A stretch of DNA of 61,961 nt, filler included, from Basidiobolus ranarum (GCA_040143965.1; 5 parts of 5 records of this genome joined end to end with filler, not necessarily neighbours in it); one strand, 5' to 3'; counted from the whole stretch's first letter, positions 13,169 through 24,887 are shown. A program made the numbers and translations. The notes: generated by a model from the sequence alone, not told the origin.

Positions 13169-16100
13169 CTACTCATCCTGATGTTTAGGCTTGGAAATAG
13201 CTCGAGTACTGGAATCAATTACACAGCTACTAGAATCACAATAACGCTCCATTTCAGGGTCCATTGCCTCTTCTTTGACATGACGGAAGTCAGGTTTTGG
13301 TATCTGAACTCCACCATCTGCCACCAAACGCTTCAACAACTTCTGATGGGTACGAGGGGGCTTGGGAGAATGTGGAGCAGGGTTTGAGATTTGAGAGGTA
13401 AGCCCATAAAAGGTCTCCTCATCTATAGCTTCATATGGCATCTGAGGATAGGCCCCGAGCGGTAGACGAGGCAAAAATGAAACTCCTATAAACTAATGTC
13501 AATAAAACTGTTTTCCAAGAAGAGACTCATTAATTAGGGTTACCTTTAAGTTGATATTGGAAATAGTTTAAAGCGTGTTTTAAATGTGGACCTTCAATCT
13601 CAGGATCAAGAGTTACAGTACAACTAACTTGGTTATCTGACCAATATTTTTGCATGAAGGCGGATAAACTTAACTGTTCCCACATGCTGACTTCTTTAAG
13701 CCCTCGAATTCCATCACCATGATCAATCGGAATCTCAACCACAACAGAATTAGGCTCCACTTGAAACTATATGTTATGATTGCTGTCATTGGATCAAAAA
13801 GAGTTGGTCACAACATCACTTACCAACATCTTGCTCTATCTTGTATCCAGCCTTACTTAAAGCACTGATCATTTCAGAGCCTTTGGCCAATCTCACTCGG
13901 CGAATGCAATACCGACTTTCAGGATAATGCATACCAGGCGTAGCTAAACATGAACCGGTTTGAATGATGACAATGATATTCTGACTGTTTCAAAGGGCCA
14001 CATACCTCCAGCTAACAAGGAAACTGTGCCACTTGGCTTCACAGTGGTGGTTTTTATAGAACGAGGGATACATAACCATTCTGAAACCCTAATAGAATAG
14101 AGGTTGAGGAAAGCTAATGCAGGCAAATGGAACTTGAGAACTCACTGCTTGTCGATTTGTTGGATGGCTTTATATCCTTCTTCACACCAATTCTTGAATT
14201 CATAAAGGCCTGTGAATTTTTAAAAATTAATCTCTACTTTTACGCTTTTGAAAATAGAATCAATACCTCTCTTGCTGATGAATTGAGCTATTCCACTGAG
14301 CCCGGTACCAATCCGACGATTTCTTAGCATAACTTGGTTGCTCTCTTTCCAATGAGTATTTCCTAAAGTGACAGTTTTGGCATAAAGAAAAGCAGATTCA
14401 AGTGTTTCCAAGAAATCTTCCAAAGAAGTGTGATTCGATGGAAACACCTCAACCAAGCAACAGAGTTCATATGATTCTAGAGTTTGCTCTAGACAAGGAT
14501 TACCACCTTTAGCTCGTACATCCTTCATATTCTGCGTAGAAAGTCAGCATCAGTGAAATCACTCAGCCATATAAAGAACATACCATTGGTTCACTCATAC
14601 GCCCGTAGTTACGCGCATTGTCTAACCAAGAAAACCCAGGCTCTCCATTCTTAACCACACGACTACATATTTTAGAGTAATCCATTCCTAGATGAGCAAA
14701 CACCTGAGCTCGGCTGTAAGCTAGTAGTTCCATAGAAAGAAACAGATGATAACTTACGGAATTGTTACTTGTCCAACCATACTCGCTGCGATGTGGATTA
14801 ACCTCATAGTTCTTCAGGTCAATATATTCATCGTCCAGAGGATCTCCAAAAGCAATTTCCGCAGTTCTTCTGATGTTCCCACTAACAACGCATTTCCCTA
14901 TTAAATTCATCAAGTCCACGATAGAAGTCACAGTCAAAGGTGCTCCAATGTTTTTGCTTAGTGTCGTGCGGATATGATCATGAAGGTCTATCAAAGGCCC
15001 TGGTCCAGAAGACAATCCGCCAAATCCCTAGTATCATCAGACATTTAATATGGAAACTAGTGCTTGAAAATAGACCCATACAATTACTTTGATGGGAGTT
15101 CCGGCAGGTCTGATTTGATCATAATTGAATTCCTTAATGAGATTGCAATGAACATCAATATCTTTGTCGAGCAACGAAAAAACCAGATCAATACATACAG
15201 GAACACTTAATTTTGGATCAAAGTAGGCATCGATTATAAGCTCGACAGATCTAATCCACCCTTCGATAGCATAGTGTTTAACAAAAAGAGATCACTACTC
15301 AGCAACGAAAATCGATCGGATTTACCTTCACGAGAGTCCGGTATAGTATACATTAAAGGTTTGGTAGAGTTAGGCTCAGTGACAATCTTCTCTCGTTCCT
15401 CAGCGATAGCTGCCCCCTTAGTATCAAAACCAACACCAACCCTATTAAAGAATACTTTGAGATCGAACCTTTCATAGTGCTTAAAAACTGACTACTTACC
15501 CTAGCATAGTGGCATCCATTAGAAATGTGAAAGGACGACTGGGAGCATTTCTACCGTCCCACATATTCTCTGTACTTACAAAAGCACAATTATTCAAAGC
15601 AGCAAAAATGCCGCGCTCTTCGGTTAATGGAGATCCCATAGCCCACAAACCTTCGATATAAGTTGTCAAGAATAACAGCATGGTAAATCTTCAAGTAAGA
15701 TCTGTACAAATAATTAAAATTAAAGGCACAAACCTCTTCCAGGAGGTAGAAACTTCATATTAAAAATTCGGTCATACATACGTTGTGCAGACATTTGTGC
15801 CTTGAGAGGAGTAAATTTAGCTGTCAAGAGACTCACCACCAATATGTAACAAACTGAATACCTTATATGCATCCCAGCCTAAATCATTTTGCTCAATCCA
15901 TCTTTTTTGCATGTTGTAAGTACCATTAACAACACGTTCCACTGTCTCCCACCTTTAGTATGTAAAGAAAATCAGAAATTCCCTTTCCATATTTTCAACA
16001 ATCTTTAATATAAGACGAACAATACTTTACCATTGCTCTCGTTCACCATTGGACTTTAAGCGAGAGTAAGTTCTTCGATAAACGAGTTCACCAAGGCCAT

Positions 16101-16362
16101 TGAAACCGAACGGGGGAATAGCAGTTTGATATTTTGCCAAAAAATTACCAGATAACTTGAAATCATTTTTAAATTTTAACAGGTTGACTGATTGTGATGA
16201 CTTGTGGCTCTCTAAGTCTGGAGTGAAGCTATTTTGTATTCGACAATTTCCAAGTATACTAAAAGGTCGAGTGGTTATAGCTCTAGATCTGCGCAGATAA
16301 GCAAAAGCATAGCCTACCGGTCTGCGCAATATGTGCTGACTTGATAATAGCATATATTGCAT
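13169..16362 (-). CDS. nrdJ: Class II adenosylcobalamin-dependent ribonucleoside-triphosphate reductase (monomeric RTPR type), about 14 introns
   Basis: Exons give YRRTYSR, WETVERVVNG, KFLPPGRGLW, LNNCAFVS, GVGVGFD, PDSREGW, GKCVVSGNIRRTAEI, NGEPGF, GNPCLEQ.LESYELCCLVE (radical Cys), RNRRIG, TTVKPSGTVSLLAG, DNQVSCTV, YPQMPYE and a C-terminal CDSSSC pair. Confidence 0.95.
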
Positions 16363-16955
16363 CACGAAGACCAACTATCTAGTCACTAGAGAGAGTTCTC
16401 AGCTGTATAACTAGTTAAAGACAAGAAGAGCTAATTTTACGGTTTCTTTAGATATCTACGATAAGAACAAAATGGTCAAGCGAATATCTCCTTAAAGCCA
16501 CTACTGAATATTTTACGTAGCCTAGAAAAGCAAGTCCCAATACTCAAACTTTAAAGCATATACGAATACCTCACAATCTAAGAAAACGACTGGTAGAAAT
16601 TAATCTGAATCTCCACCACAGTTTAATGCGATTTCACTAGCAAATATATATTCTACATCGAGAAGTGACAATTGCAGGAAATGTTATGTTAAATTCTGCG
16701 ATAATATAGATGAAGTTTTTCACATATCGGCATATTAAACACAGTTGAAATCTAGACATGGTTGAACCGTAGCTTAAATTAAGAGATTAGGATATATATG
16801 TATATAATAGTTACATAGGGCTGTGGCAAGCTTGAGGTCTAATACAAAAGATTCTTTATATACAATAGTTAAGAATTCTTCGTGGGTAGTAAGATGACTA
16901 GTTGACATTGCTAGCTGCATGGAGAATTAGCTATGTTGGTCAAGTTGAATTTAGC

Positions 16956-17144
16956 TCAATCCTTCTTCGAGGGCTTTTTAATAGCGCGATTGATCTCGTT
17001 TAGTTGATATACAACCGAATTCGGGATAGTGTGAACGGCGGTGTTTTCGGCCAAAAACTTCTTCATGCGTTTAGAAGCGCTCTGGGTGGAAAGTGACTTC
17101 GAAGAGACTACTTCAACACGGATGGGATGGACTTGACGCGACAT
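16956..17144 (-). CDS. 62-aa basic protein, possible minimal RNA polymerase I subunit Rpa14/Ker1-like
   Basis: Clean ATG-to-stop ORF. Pattern P-I-R-V-E-V strand, then an amphipathic helix ending KKFLAE, then SVVYQLNEINRAIK, resembles yeast Rpa14 (PVVIH...LESFIDE...SSISQLKRIQRDFK) as recalled. Confidence 0.45.
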   Translation of the reverse strand: MSRQVHPIRVEVVSSKSLSTQSASKRMKKFLAENTAVHTIPNSVVYQLNEINRAIKKPSKKD

Positions 17145-19252
17145 CGTAAGAGCAGCACTTGGTTACTATTCACTCGAAAGAGGAGAGCAACTAAGAATTT
17201 TGTTATGATAATCGTTGAAAAAAAATTATATTTTGACCAGATGGCAAAGAATCAACAATAATCTTAGAACCAAATAGTTTTCACTGAAATTTCGATTCAT
17301 TGGTTGACCAGTCACTGTGACCCTTAAAATTCTGCATTTTGTAAAACTGTTTATTAAATATTGAATTTTTATCTAATAAAAATATACAAGATGCAATTGA
17401 AGTCATAGCGACCAAGCAACTGACGAGCCTCACCTTGCAAAAAAGGCCGGTTCACGTATCATTACATTTGAATAGCGCTGTAGAGTAACCCATCGTACAT
17501 AACGATTATTTATGATGCCTCTAGGCATCATGGTGTTATTTGTAACTCCAGTTCTTGATGGTTCTCTCCTTCAGGCTGTATGACTAGACTCATCTGTGGT
17601 ATCAGCACCATGTAGCATCATAGATCACTTCTGATGATTGGAGTTATGCTGTATATATCAACAGGGCTAGCAGTACACAGCATATACAATCGCTGTAGCA
17701 ATATATATGGTATCAGCATCTCTCATTCGATTGCCAAGGATCTCTCAAGATTGTTCCTGTTCACAACGATCACATTGTCAGATATTCTCGTGAGCAAAGA
17801 ATTTCACTTGGTATCACACTTTGAAATCCTCATCCACTGCGATATCAAGACAGTATGATAATCCTATTTGGTAGGACTTCTTGGGGGGGGGGCTGAGTAT
17901 GGAGGCCACCACACTGAAAAATACATGATTGATGTTGCACTAATCTGGTATTTCAATTGAAGTGATTTTGGCACTTAGTTCTCAATATGGCTATAACCTT
18001 CTGCTGAGTACTAAATGATATAGTGTAGTGTAATGGGCCATGCTTAACGAGTGGTGAACCTCATTCTATACCAAAACTACTTGTAAACCGCACAACCAGT
18101 CTAGTCATCAAGGATATCCTCACATTCAAGGAGGTTAAGCGACACGAGGATCTCACTACTGGTGGGATTTCATTTCTAGCACAGAGGAAGCTATACTCGT
18201 ACGTCAAATAATAAATTCTACTAGGATTGGTCTGAGGATACCTTATTACTGAGTTTTTCACGTGTGAGAGGAACATTTCCTCATTACATGTGATACTGCG
18301 ACTTCTCAGTAGGTACATATACATATTGATGAATCACTTGAAGAAGACCCTGCAGCTATTTGAAATTTCTATTTCCTGTGTAGTGCCTCTATTGGGTTGA
18401 CTAGATATTAGTAGATCTGATATATTTGAGAAGTCTACTCTTCGCTTTACCTTGTCAAGAAATGATGGCTATGAGTAACGAAGTGGACAGTGAATTCGTA
18501 GCTGAGATTGTACTGCATTAGAGGAAGTTGTGTGTGTTTCCATCACAGAATGGCGTTAGTCACTAAAATCTCTCTGGAAAAGATAAAAGACCTCGGATAG
18601 AATGGAAGAGCCATTAATCGTAGCCAGTGCAATTTACTTGTACTACAACGATCTTTGAGAGCTACTAGTGAAACAGTAGTTAGGTAGCATCATCAATGTT
18701 TAACATCCCATACAGTAAAGTGATGTTGAAGTGCATTGCGCTGAATCAATTATTTAATACATTGACTGATTGCGTGCATGGAAGTTCAATAAAATGAAAA
18801 GTGCATACCGTTCTTAGAATTTAGTACTTGGAATGAAATCCACTGAAACCAATAAATAACATTTCAACCTCTTTTTTGTTTCTTAATCGTATCAATTTTA
18901 ACCGGCTCCAACAACATAGTTTTACCATTGATGCCTATTTCTACTCGTTTGTAGATAGATTTGTGCGCCCAGCCTCTCAATATGTACCAAGGTGGAGAGG
19001 TGGTTTTGCGTGCCTATACACAAGATTGTACGCTATCAAGAGAGCTGCTGTAAACAATCTAATATCGTCAATTTATTCCAACAGCTGATTCTGATATCTA
19101 TCCCAAGCCACTCATCAAAAGAGATTCTTAGAATGCATGAAACAAGGAATTTGCTTTGTAAACTGGGAAGTCAAACTAAAGAGCAGATATGTATAAGTAC
19201 ATAGGAAACTGCAGTAAGAGGAGCAATTAAGCTATCGGTATTTACTGTCACA

Positions 19253-19882
19253 ATGAAAGTGATTGCAATCATCTCTTTAACTATTTTCGTCTTGAGATTC
19301 GCTTATGACACGGACGCCTTGCCCACTCCGAATCTATCTATTTATCAATCTTCCAACGACAAACCGCTGATTTCTCACCCTACCTCTATGCTTAGCGATC
19401 TTTCCGATACAAACTCTAACCATTCTGGTGCACCAGACTTGGACCATACCCTGGAAAAACGTTTTTGGAACATGCGTTACTATTGCGGCGGCTTCGTTTG
19501 TGGACACTCCAAACGACAGGAAATGGCATCCGAGCCTGATAGAGGAAAAGATCCGGAGGCTTCAGATACGAAGCATATTCTTGAGGTCAACGCTACCCCA
19601 CAGCTATTCAACTTATTCAAGAGATTTTGGAACATGCGTTTCTATTGTGGTGGTTGGGCTTGTATCCACGCCAAACGTGAAGCATCTCCCAGGAAATCAG
19701 TTGCTCGACATGAACTCACACCCTATCACGTGGAATCGGCCAGTAAGGTTGAATCGTTGGACACCGTTAAACCAACACCTGTCGAGAGCTCGATAGGGAA
19801 AGATCGTAAGGAAAATATATTCAAACGTTTCTGGAATATGCGCTATTATTGTGGAGGTTGGGTTTGTGCACATACCAGGTGA
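19253..19882 (+). CDS. Secreted Kex2-processed repeat peptide precursor (KEP) with three Cys-x4-Cys 16-mer peptides
   Basis: Intronless 209-aa ORF with an N-terminal signal peptide. KR-FWNMRYYCGGFVCGHS-KR (19463-19510), KR-FWNMRFYCGGWACIHA-KR (19625-19672), KR-FWNMRYYCGGWVCAHT-R-stop (19829-19876). Confidence 0.92.
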   Translation: MKVIAIISLTIFVLRFAYDTDALPTPNLSIYQSSNDKPLISHPTSMLSDLSDTNSNHSGAPDLDHTLEKRFWNMRYYCGGFVCGHSKRQEMASEPDRGKDPEASDTKHILEVNATPQLFNLFKRFWNMRFYCGGWACIHAKREASPRKSVARHELTPYHVESASKVESLDTVKPTPVESSIGKDRKENIFKRFWNMRYYCGGWVCAHTR

Positions 19883-20693
19883 AAAATCTAGAGCAGTCAC
19901 TTGAAAATTCATCAACAACCGCCGAATCTAGTTTCTCTTAATATAATATTTAAGTTACCCGTGATTAATCAATAGAGCGTTAGTTTATTTCACGATTACT
20001 GTATTACCCTTTAATTTCGCCACCGTCCAATATATCCGTTGACACCAGATATAGTTTATTTATACTCTGAGCTAATCAAATAAACGAGCTTTAATGGCCC
20101 TCATGTATCTGGTAATGATCGACTTCTACGAGGGAGACACCTACATGATACATGTAATAGCGCAAAATGTTTGCCAAGAAACAGTCTCTACCTTGACTAA
20201 GGATTACATAACATCGCGGATGAAATTACGTCTTCGGAGCCCCACCATCGTCACCCCAAATACAACAGCCATTCGATTGAGCCCATTTGTTGCTAAATAA
20301 CTGGTAGCCATTCTGGTAATAATAGCAAGCCAGAGGCCATATCCGACGTGATCTCAAGGAGCATTGTGCACATGCCTGAGACCAAGTAATTCAGGTGAAG
20401 CCAATTCTACATTAGATCTCCAATAAGCCTTATCTTCCAGCTCGTGAGGATCAGGTGTCTACAAATAGACCGTCGAGACCTGATAAATTTAAAAATGAAA
20501 CATAGAGTGCGGAGCCTTTGTGGAACCTTGCTTATTTATCGATCGATGACAATTCCTAATTGGGGTTGATTCTGCATGCTAGAAATCGATTCTTTGGTGT
20601 TACGCAGTAGACCAATGTAGAGTTCAGTTTGGATGGAATTTGTCGTACAGCTATGGATAACACATTTGTTGGGTGAATGAATAATTTTCTCAC

Positions 20694-20700
20694 TATAAAA
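20694..20700 (+). promoter_or_regulatory. Putative TATA box of the desaturase gene
   Basis: TATAAAA about 60 nt upstream of the ATG at 20762. Confidence 0.4.
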
Positions 20701-20761
20701 CTATCTCTCCTCCCCATAGGCGCCATCATCCACGCCTATTTTTGGGATCGTTACTTCAAAA

Positions 20762-22228
20762 ATGGCTACAGGTCAGCTTCCTTTGACAGAAACATGCTCG
20801 TCGTTGTATTTGCACCTTACTAACTTGACTTATAGGTCTTCGCACATTTACTCGCGCCGAGGTTAAGGGATCTCAGGGAGATGGTCCTCTTTATACCATC
20901 ATTGATAACAAAGTTTACGATATCAGCGAATTCATCCCTGACCACCCCGGAGGTGCAGTAATCATGACACATATTGGAAGAGATGGAACCGATGCCTTCT
21001 ACTCTTTCCATCCGGAGTCATCGCAAGAAACCCTCTCCAACTACTATGTGGGAGACTTGGCCCCAGAAGACTGCTTAGATCAACAAGAAGGTAAGTTAAT
21101 CGTGTTAGTTTGTCAGTTTCTTCGTTTTCTCACCAAATCTATATAGATGACTTTATTCGTGAAATCAGAGAACTTAAGAGAGAGTTTGAAAGGTTGGGCT
21201 ACTTCGAATCTGATAAGCTTTACTACCTCTTCAAAGCTACCTCAACTCTTGCTCTCTGGGGTGTTTCCATCTACCTACTAGCTCGACATGGTGATAGCAT
21301 TGGGGCCCATATTGCCTCCGCTTTAATTATGGGGCTTTTCTGGCAACAATGTGGGTGGCTATCTCACGATTTCCTCCATCATCAGGTTTTCAAGAACAGA
21401 TCCTTCAATGATATGGTGGGTGATTTCTTTGGTGGCGTCTGCCTAGGCTTCTCCCCTGCTTGGTGGAAAAATAAGCAAAATACTCATCACGCCGCTCCTA
21501 ATGTACATGGTGAGGACCCCGATATTGATACTGTGCCCATCCTTGCCTGGTCCAACCATGCTCTAGAATTCTTCGCCGATGTGCCTGATGATGAGTTGGC
21601 CATTGCCATGGGCAAGTTCATGATCGGGAATCAGTCATTCTTGATCTTCCCTGTAATGGTTTTTGCTAAATTATCTTGGGCTATGCAGAGTATTCTGTTC
21701 ATTTTACCCAACGGACAGAAGGGATTACCTAGAAACGCCAGAGTACCCGTTGGTATCTTGGAACAATTATCCGTTGGCCTTCACTGGACTTGGTACCTTG
21801 GTTTACTCTTCCTCTTCGTTAAAACACCACTCCGTATTGCTCTGTATCTCTTCTTATCTCAAGGTGGATGCGGTCTTCTCCTTGCTTTAGTCTTTGTACT
21901 TAACCATAATGGTATGCCAGTTGTTACTGAACAAGAAGGATCTAAGATGGACTTCTACTCGTTACAAATTATTACTGGACGTGACGTTAAACCTAGCTGG
22001 ATAGTAACCTGGTTTACTGGTGGTTTGAATTATCAAATTGAACACCATCTGTTCCCTGCCCTTCCTCGCCATAGTTTCCACAAAGTTCAACCTCAAGTTC
22101 AAGCAATCTGTGAAAAATATGGCATCAATTATCACTGCACTGGTTTCGTTGATGGAACTATGGAAGTGGTTAATCGCTTAGACCAAGTTGCCAAAGTAGC
22201 AAGAAAATTGAATCAGAAACAGGATTGA
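20762..22228 (+). CDS. Cytochrome b5-fused front-end fatty acid desaturase (delta-6 type), 2 introns
   Basis: RTFTRAEV, IIDNKVYD, heme motif HPGG, His boxes HDFLHH, QNTHH (normally HNTHH) and QIEHHLFP. Close resemblance to Mortierella alpina delta-6 desaturase as recalled. Confidence 0.93.
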
Positions 22229-22929
22229 ATAGCTTCCAATTGAATCTATAGCCTGATTGGCTAACCACTCATTTGAAACCATTTTTAACCCAAGTCATGT
22301 ATAATTTAATATCTTATAAAGTAGATTTGCTATTTTATTCTGCAATTACCATATCTTATCAGTTCATCAAAAGTACTTAGATTAGTATGAAATATGACCA
22401 ATGGTGTTGGTCCATTTGACGAATTTGTAACAATTAGCAATCTATTGGTAGTCACACTGCTGTTCGATTCGAACAAAAGTCTTATCTGATGGAATTTATG
22501 CGATATTTCTTTCCGAACTGGATTTGGAATATTGTGGCAAAAATCGTTTTAGATTATTTCCCGCATCTGAGGTTAATTATATGGAGCCTGTAAAGTATGC
22601 CATTCTAAAGCCGGGGGTTTCTCGTTGACCAGTAAAACGGTTTAGGTTACAGCCTATTATGAAACTTGGGACAAATAGAAGGTCATTCAGTCCGTATATG
22701 GTAATTCTCGATGAAATACACATGTTGTAGCTAAACGTTTAAATCAGGATTGAGGTGTTCCCGTGTCTATGCCATAAATATACTAATCTATACGTCTCCA
22801 CGTTGAACATTAATGGCCAATTGAATATTTTTGTGGATGCCACAAATATGGGGACTGTTAGACAGCATCTCATTTGACATCAATGACATAGAAATAAAGA
22901 GAAAGAACATGTGATTTGATAGCAGTTAT

Positions 22930-23217
22930 TGTTGAAATTAACATAGCCTAAACATCTATGTAGTCATATATAGCTTAGTATTTAGTTGTTCCATATTTCA
23001 CGAAGATATCACTCACTATTCGAAATCGGAATTTACTTGCAAGATTTTGAAAACTTGTCCTAGAGGCCCCAAACTTTCCTGGGACCTTCCTTTACACATT
23101 CTACATGTTTGTTTGTTTACCCAACTATAAATGTCAACATTCCACTCAATAAAGGAATGAGTGAAAACCATCAACTCTTTCCTAACCAATTCCAACAAAC
23201 TCCAAAATGCTTCAACT
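22930..23217 (+). mobile_element. Solo LTR (Copia family)
   Basis: Begins TGTTGAA and ends TTCAACT (decayed TTCAACA). Flanked by near-perfect 5-bp TSD GTTAT/GTTAC. Homologous along its length to the 3' LTR at 28456-28804. Confidence 0.8.
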
Positions 23218-23526
23218 GTTACTACAAGGATTCTGACAATAGACGATGTTGTTATCTTGAATATGGAATATTGGCATTGAAATTTCATTCAAAATAAGTA
23301 GAATATGTTTAGATGGCTATATCAAAATAATGTCCTGAATGCAAAGAGTATGCCAGGTAGCCAGCTTTCCTTTAACAATAATGGTACTTGTAAATTATTT
23401 TATTGAGAGTTGATTACAAACAAGAATGTATGTATAAATTTGAAGGAGAGAAACATGGTCTCAATCCTTGCATGTGCAAATTTGCTATCAGCAATGATTT
23501 AATATCTTCATGTAAGCTTGGTTTCA

Positions 23527-24539
23527 TTAAATGGAATCTACTGTATCTTTCGATATCAAGTTTTCCAGTTCCATCTTTAGCTGGGCACAGAAATGGTCCA
23601 TGGGTAGGTCATTGGGGTCATGACCAAATGGATTTTCAATTTCTAAACTTATTTTTTCAATCCCAAAGAAAGTAAAGGAAGCAATGGCCATAACTGGTAC
23701 AGCCCAAAAACCTAGTTGGAAAACCAAGGTTGGGGGTAGAGCTATACAATACATGGTCAATATTTGCTTCAAATGTAGGTAGTAAGATCGTGGAATTGGT
23801 GTAGTGAGAATTCGTTCCATTTCGCTGAAGTTGGATATCATCGAGTTGACAAAAGCATTCATGTTAGTTAGTTGCCCATTGTCAATTTGATTTTGTTGGT
23901 GGAGCTGTCGTAGGTACGCAGTAATCATATAGCTAACTTCTAGAGGAGCACTTTGATTTGATCGTACGGATTTTGACATACTGACATTTGTAAGTGAACT
24001 GGGCAAAAGACTTTGAAGATCTGGATAATCCAACCCTGGTTCCTCTCGAAGTTGGTGCTTGACAGCTACCGCAAAGCCCACCAGCATTCTCATTAGGGTA
24101 GATTTAACGGTTTGATCTACAGGATTAGGTGAGCCTTGAGGAACGAAGAACCAAATCATACGATTGAAGTTTCGAATGGTGGTCGCAAGTATACTCCATT
24201 GAATACGCCCTGGCAAGTGTAGAAATGTTACAAATTATCAAGTATGTACATAAGAAACTGTAACATACCACTTGCATATCTCTCGTAAGCATTATTAAGA
24301 CGAAATGCCAAGAGAAGACCGGTTACCATGGAGAGTATAGAAATTACGCTAGTACTCATTAAGTTCCAATTACCCCGGGGCGCTATGCCAGAGGCCAATA
24401 TGGCGGTATATACAGTAAAGAAGCCGACATTCCCCAGTATCTTTGGAATTGCTGTTCCTTGGTATGTGAATATATCTAAGTCTTTAATATGTTTTCTACG
24501 AAGATGGTTGAATGAAGGTACACTGGTAGTTGAACTCAT
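23527..24539 (-). CDS. Bestrophin-family anion channel (UPF0187/YneE-like), 1 intron
   Basis: GLLLAFRLNNAYERYASG, intron GTATGT..CAG, then RIQW, AVAVKHQLR, MERILTTPIP.SY, FFGIEKISLEIENPFGHDPNDLPMD. Confidence 0.92.
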
Positions 24540-24787
24540 GATTATTGAACTATCTCCCTAGCCAAAGATAGTTTTATGCCTCAGTGACTGCCCCTTATAT
24601 ATAAACTGCTTCGTAGATTCAATTTTCGATGATTGGCTAGATGGTTAGTCATGCTATGCTACTACTGCATTATTGCGTATATAATTGCCCTATCATACGT
24701 AACTTGAAGATTTCCAAAATTGGTTGATTATATGATGATTTTGTGTGTTAAGCTACTACCAATGGTATGACACTACGAGAGGTTTGG

Positions 24788-24887
24788 NNNNNNNNNNNNN
24801 NNNNNNNNNNNNNNNNNNNNNNNNNNNNNNNTTAATTAATTAANNNNNNNNNNNNNNNNNNNNNNNNNNNNNNNNNNNNNNNNNNNN
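24788..24887. other. Artificial contig spacer
   Basis: N44-TTAATTAATTAA-N44. Confidence 0.98.

Noticed and set aside
17700-17950. LIHCDIK...YMID resembling a casein kinase 1 catalytic-loop remnant
   Set aside because: Only two short motifs with frameshifts, insufficient support.
19457-19879. Three spaced direct repeats as a CRISPR-like array
   Set aside because: The repeats are conserved at protein level with synonymous variation, the spacers are in-frame coding sequence, the context is eukaryotic, and no cas genes are present.
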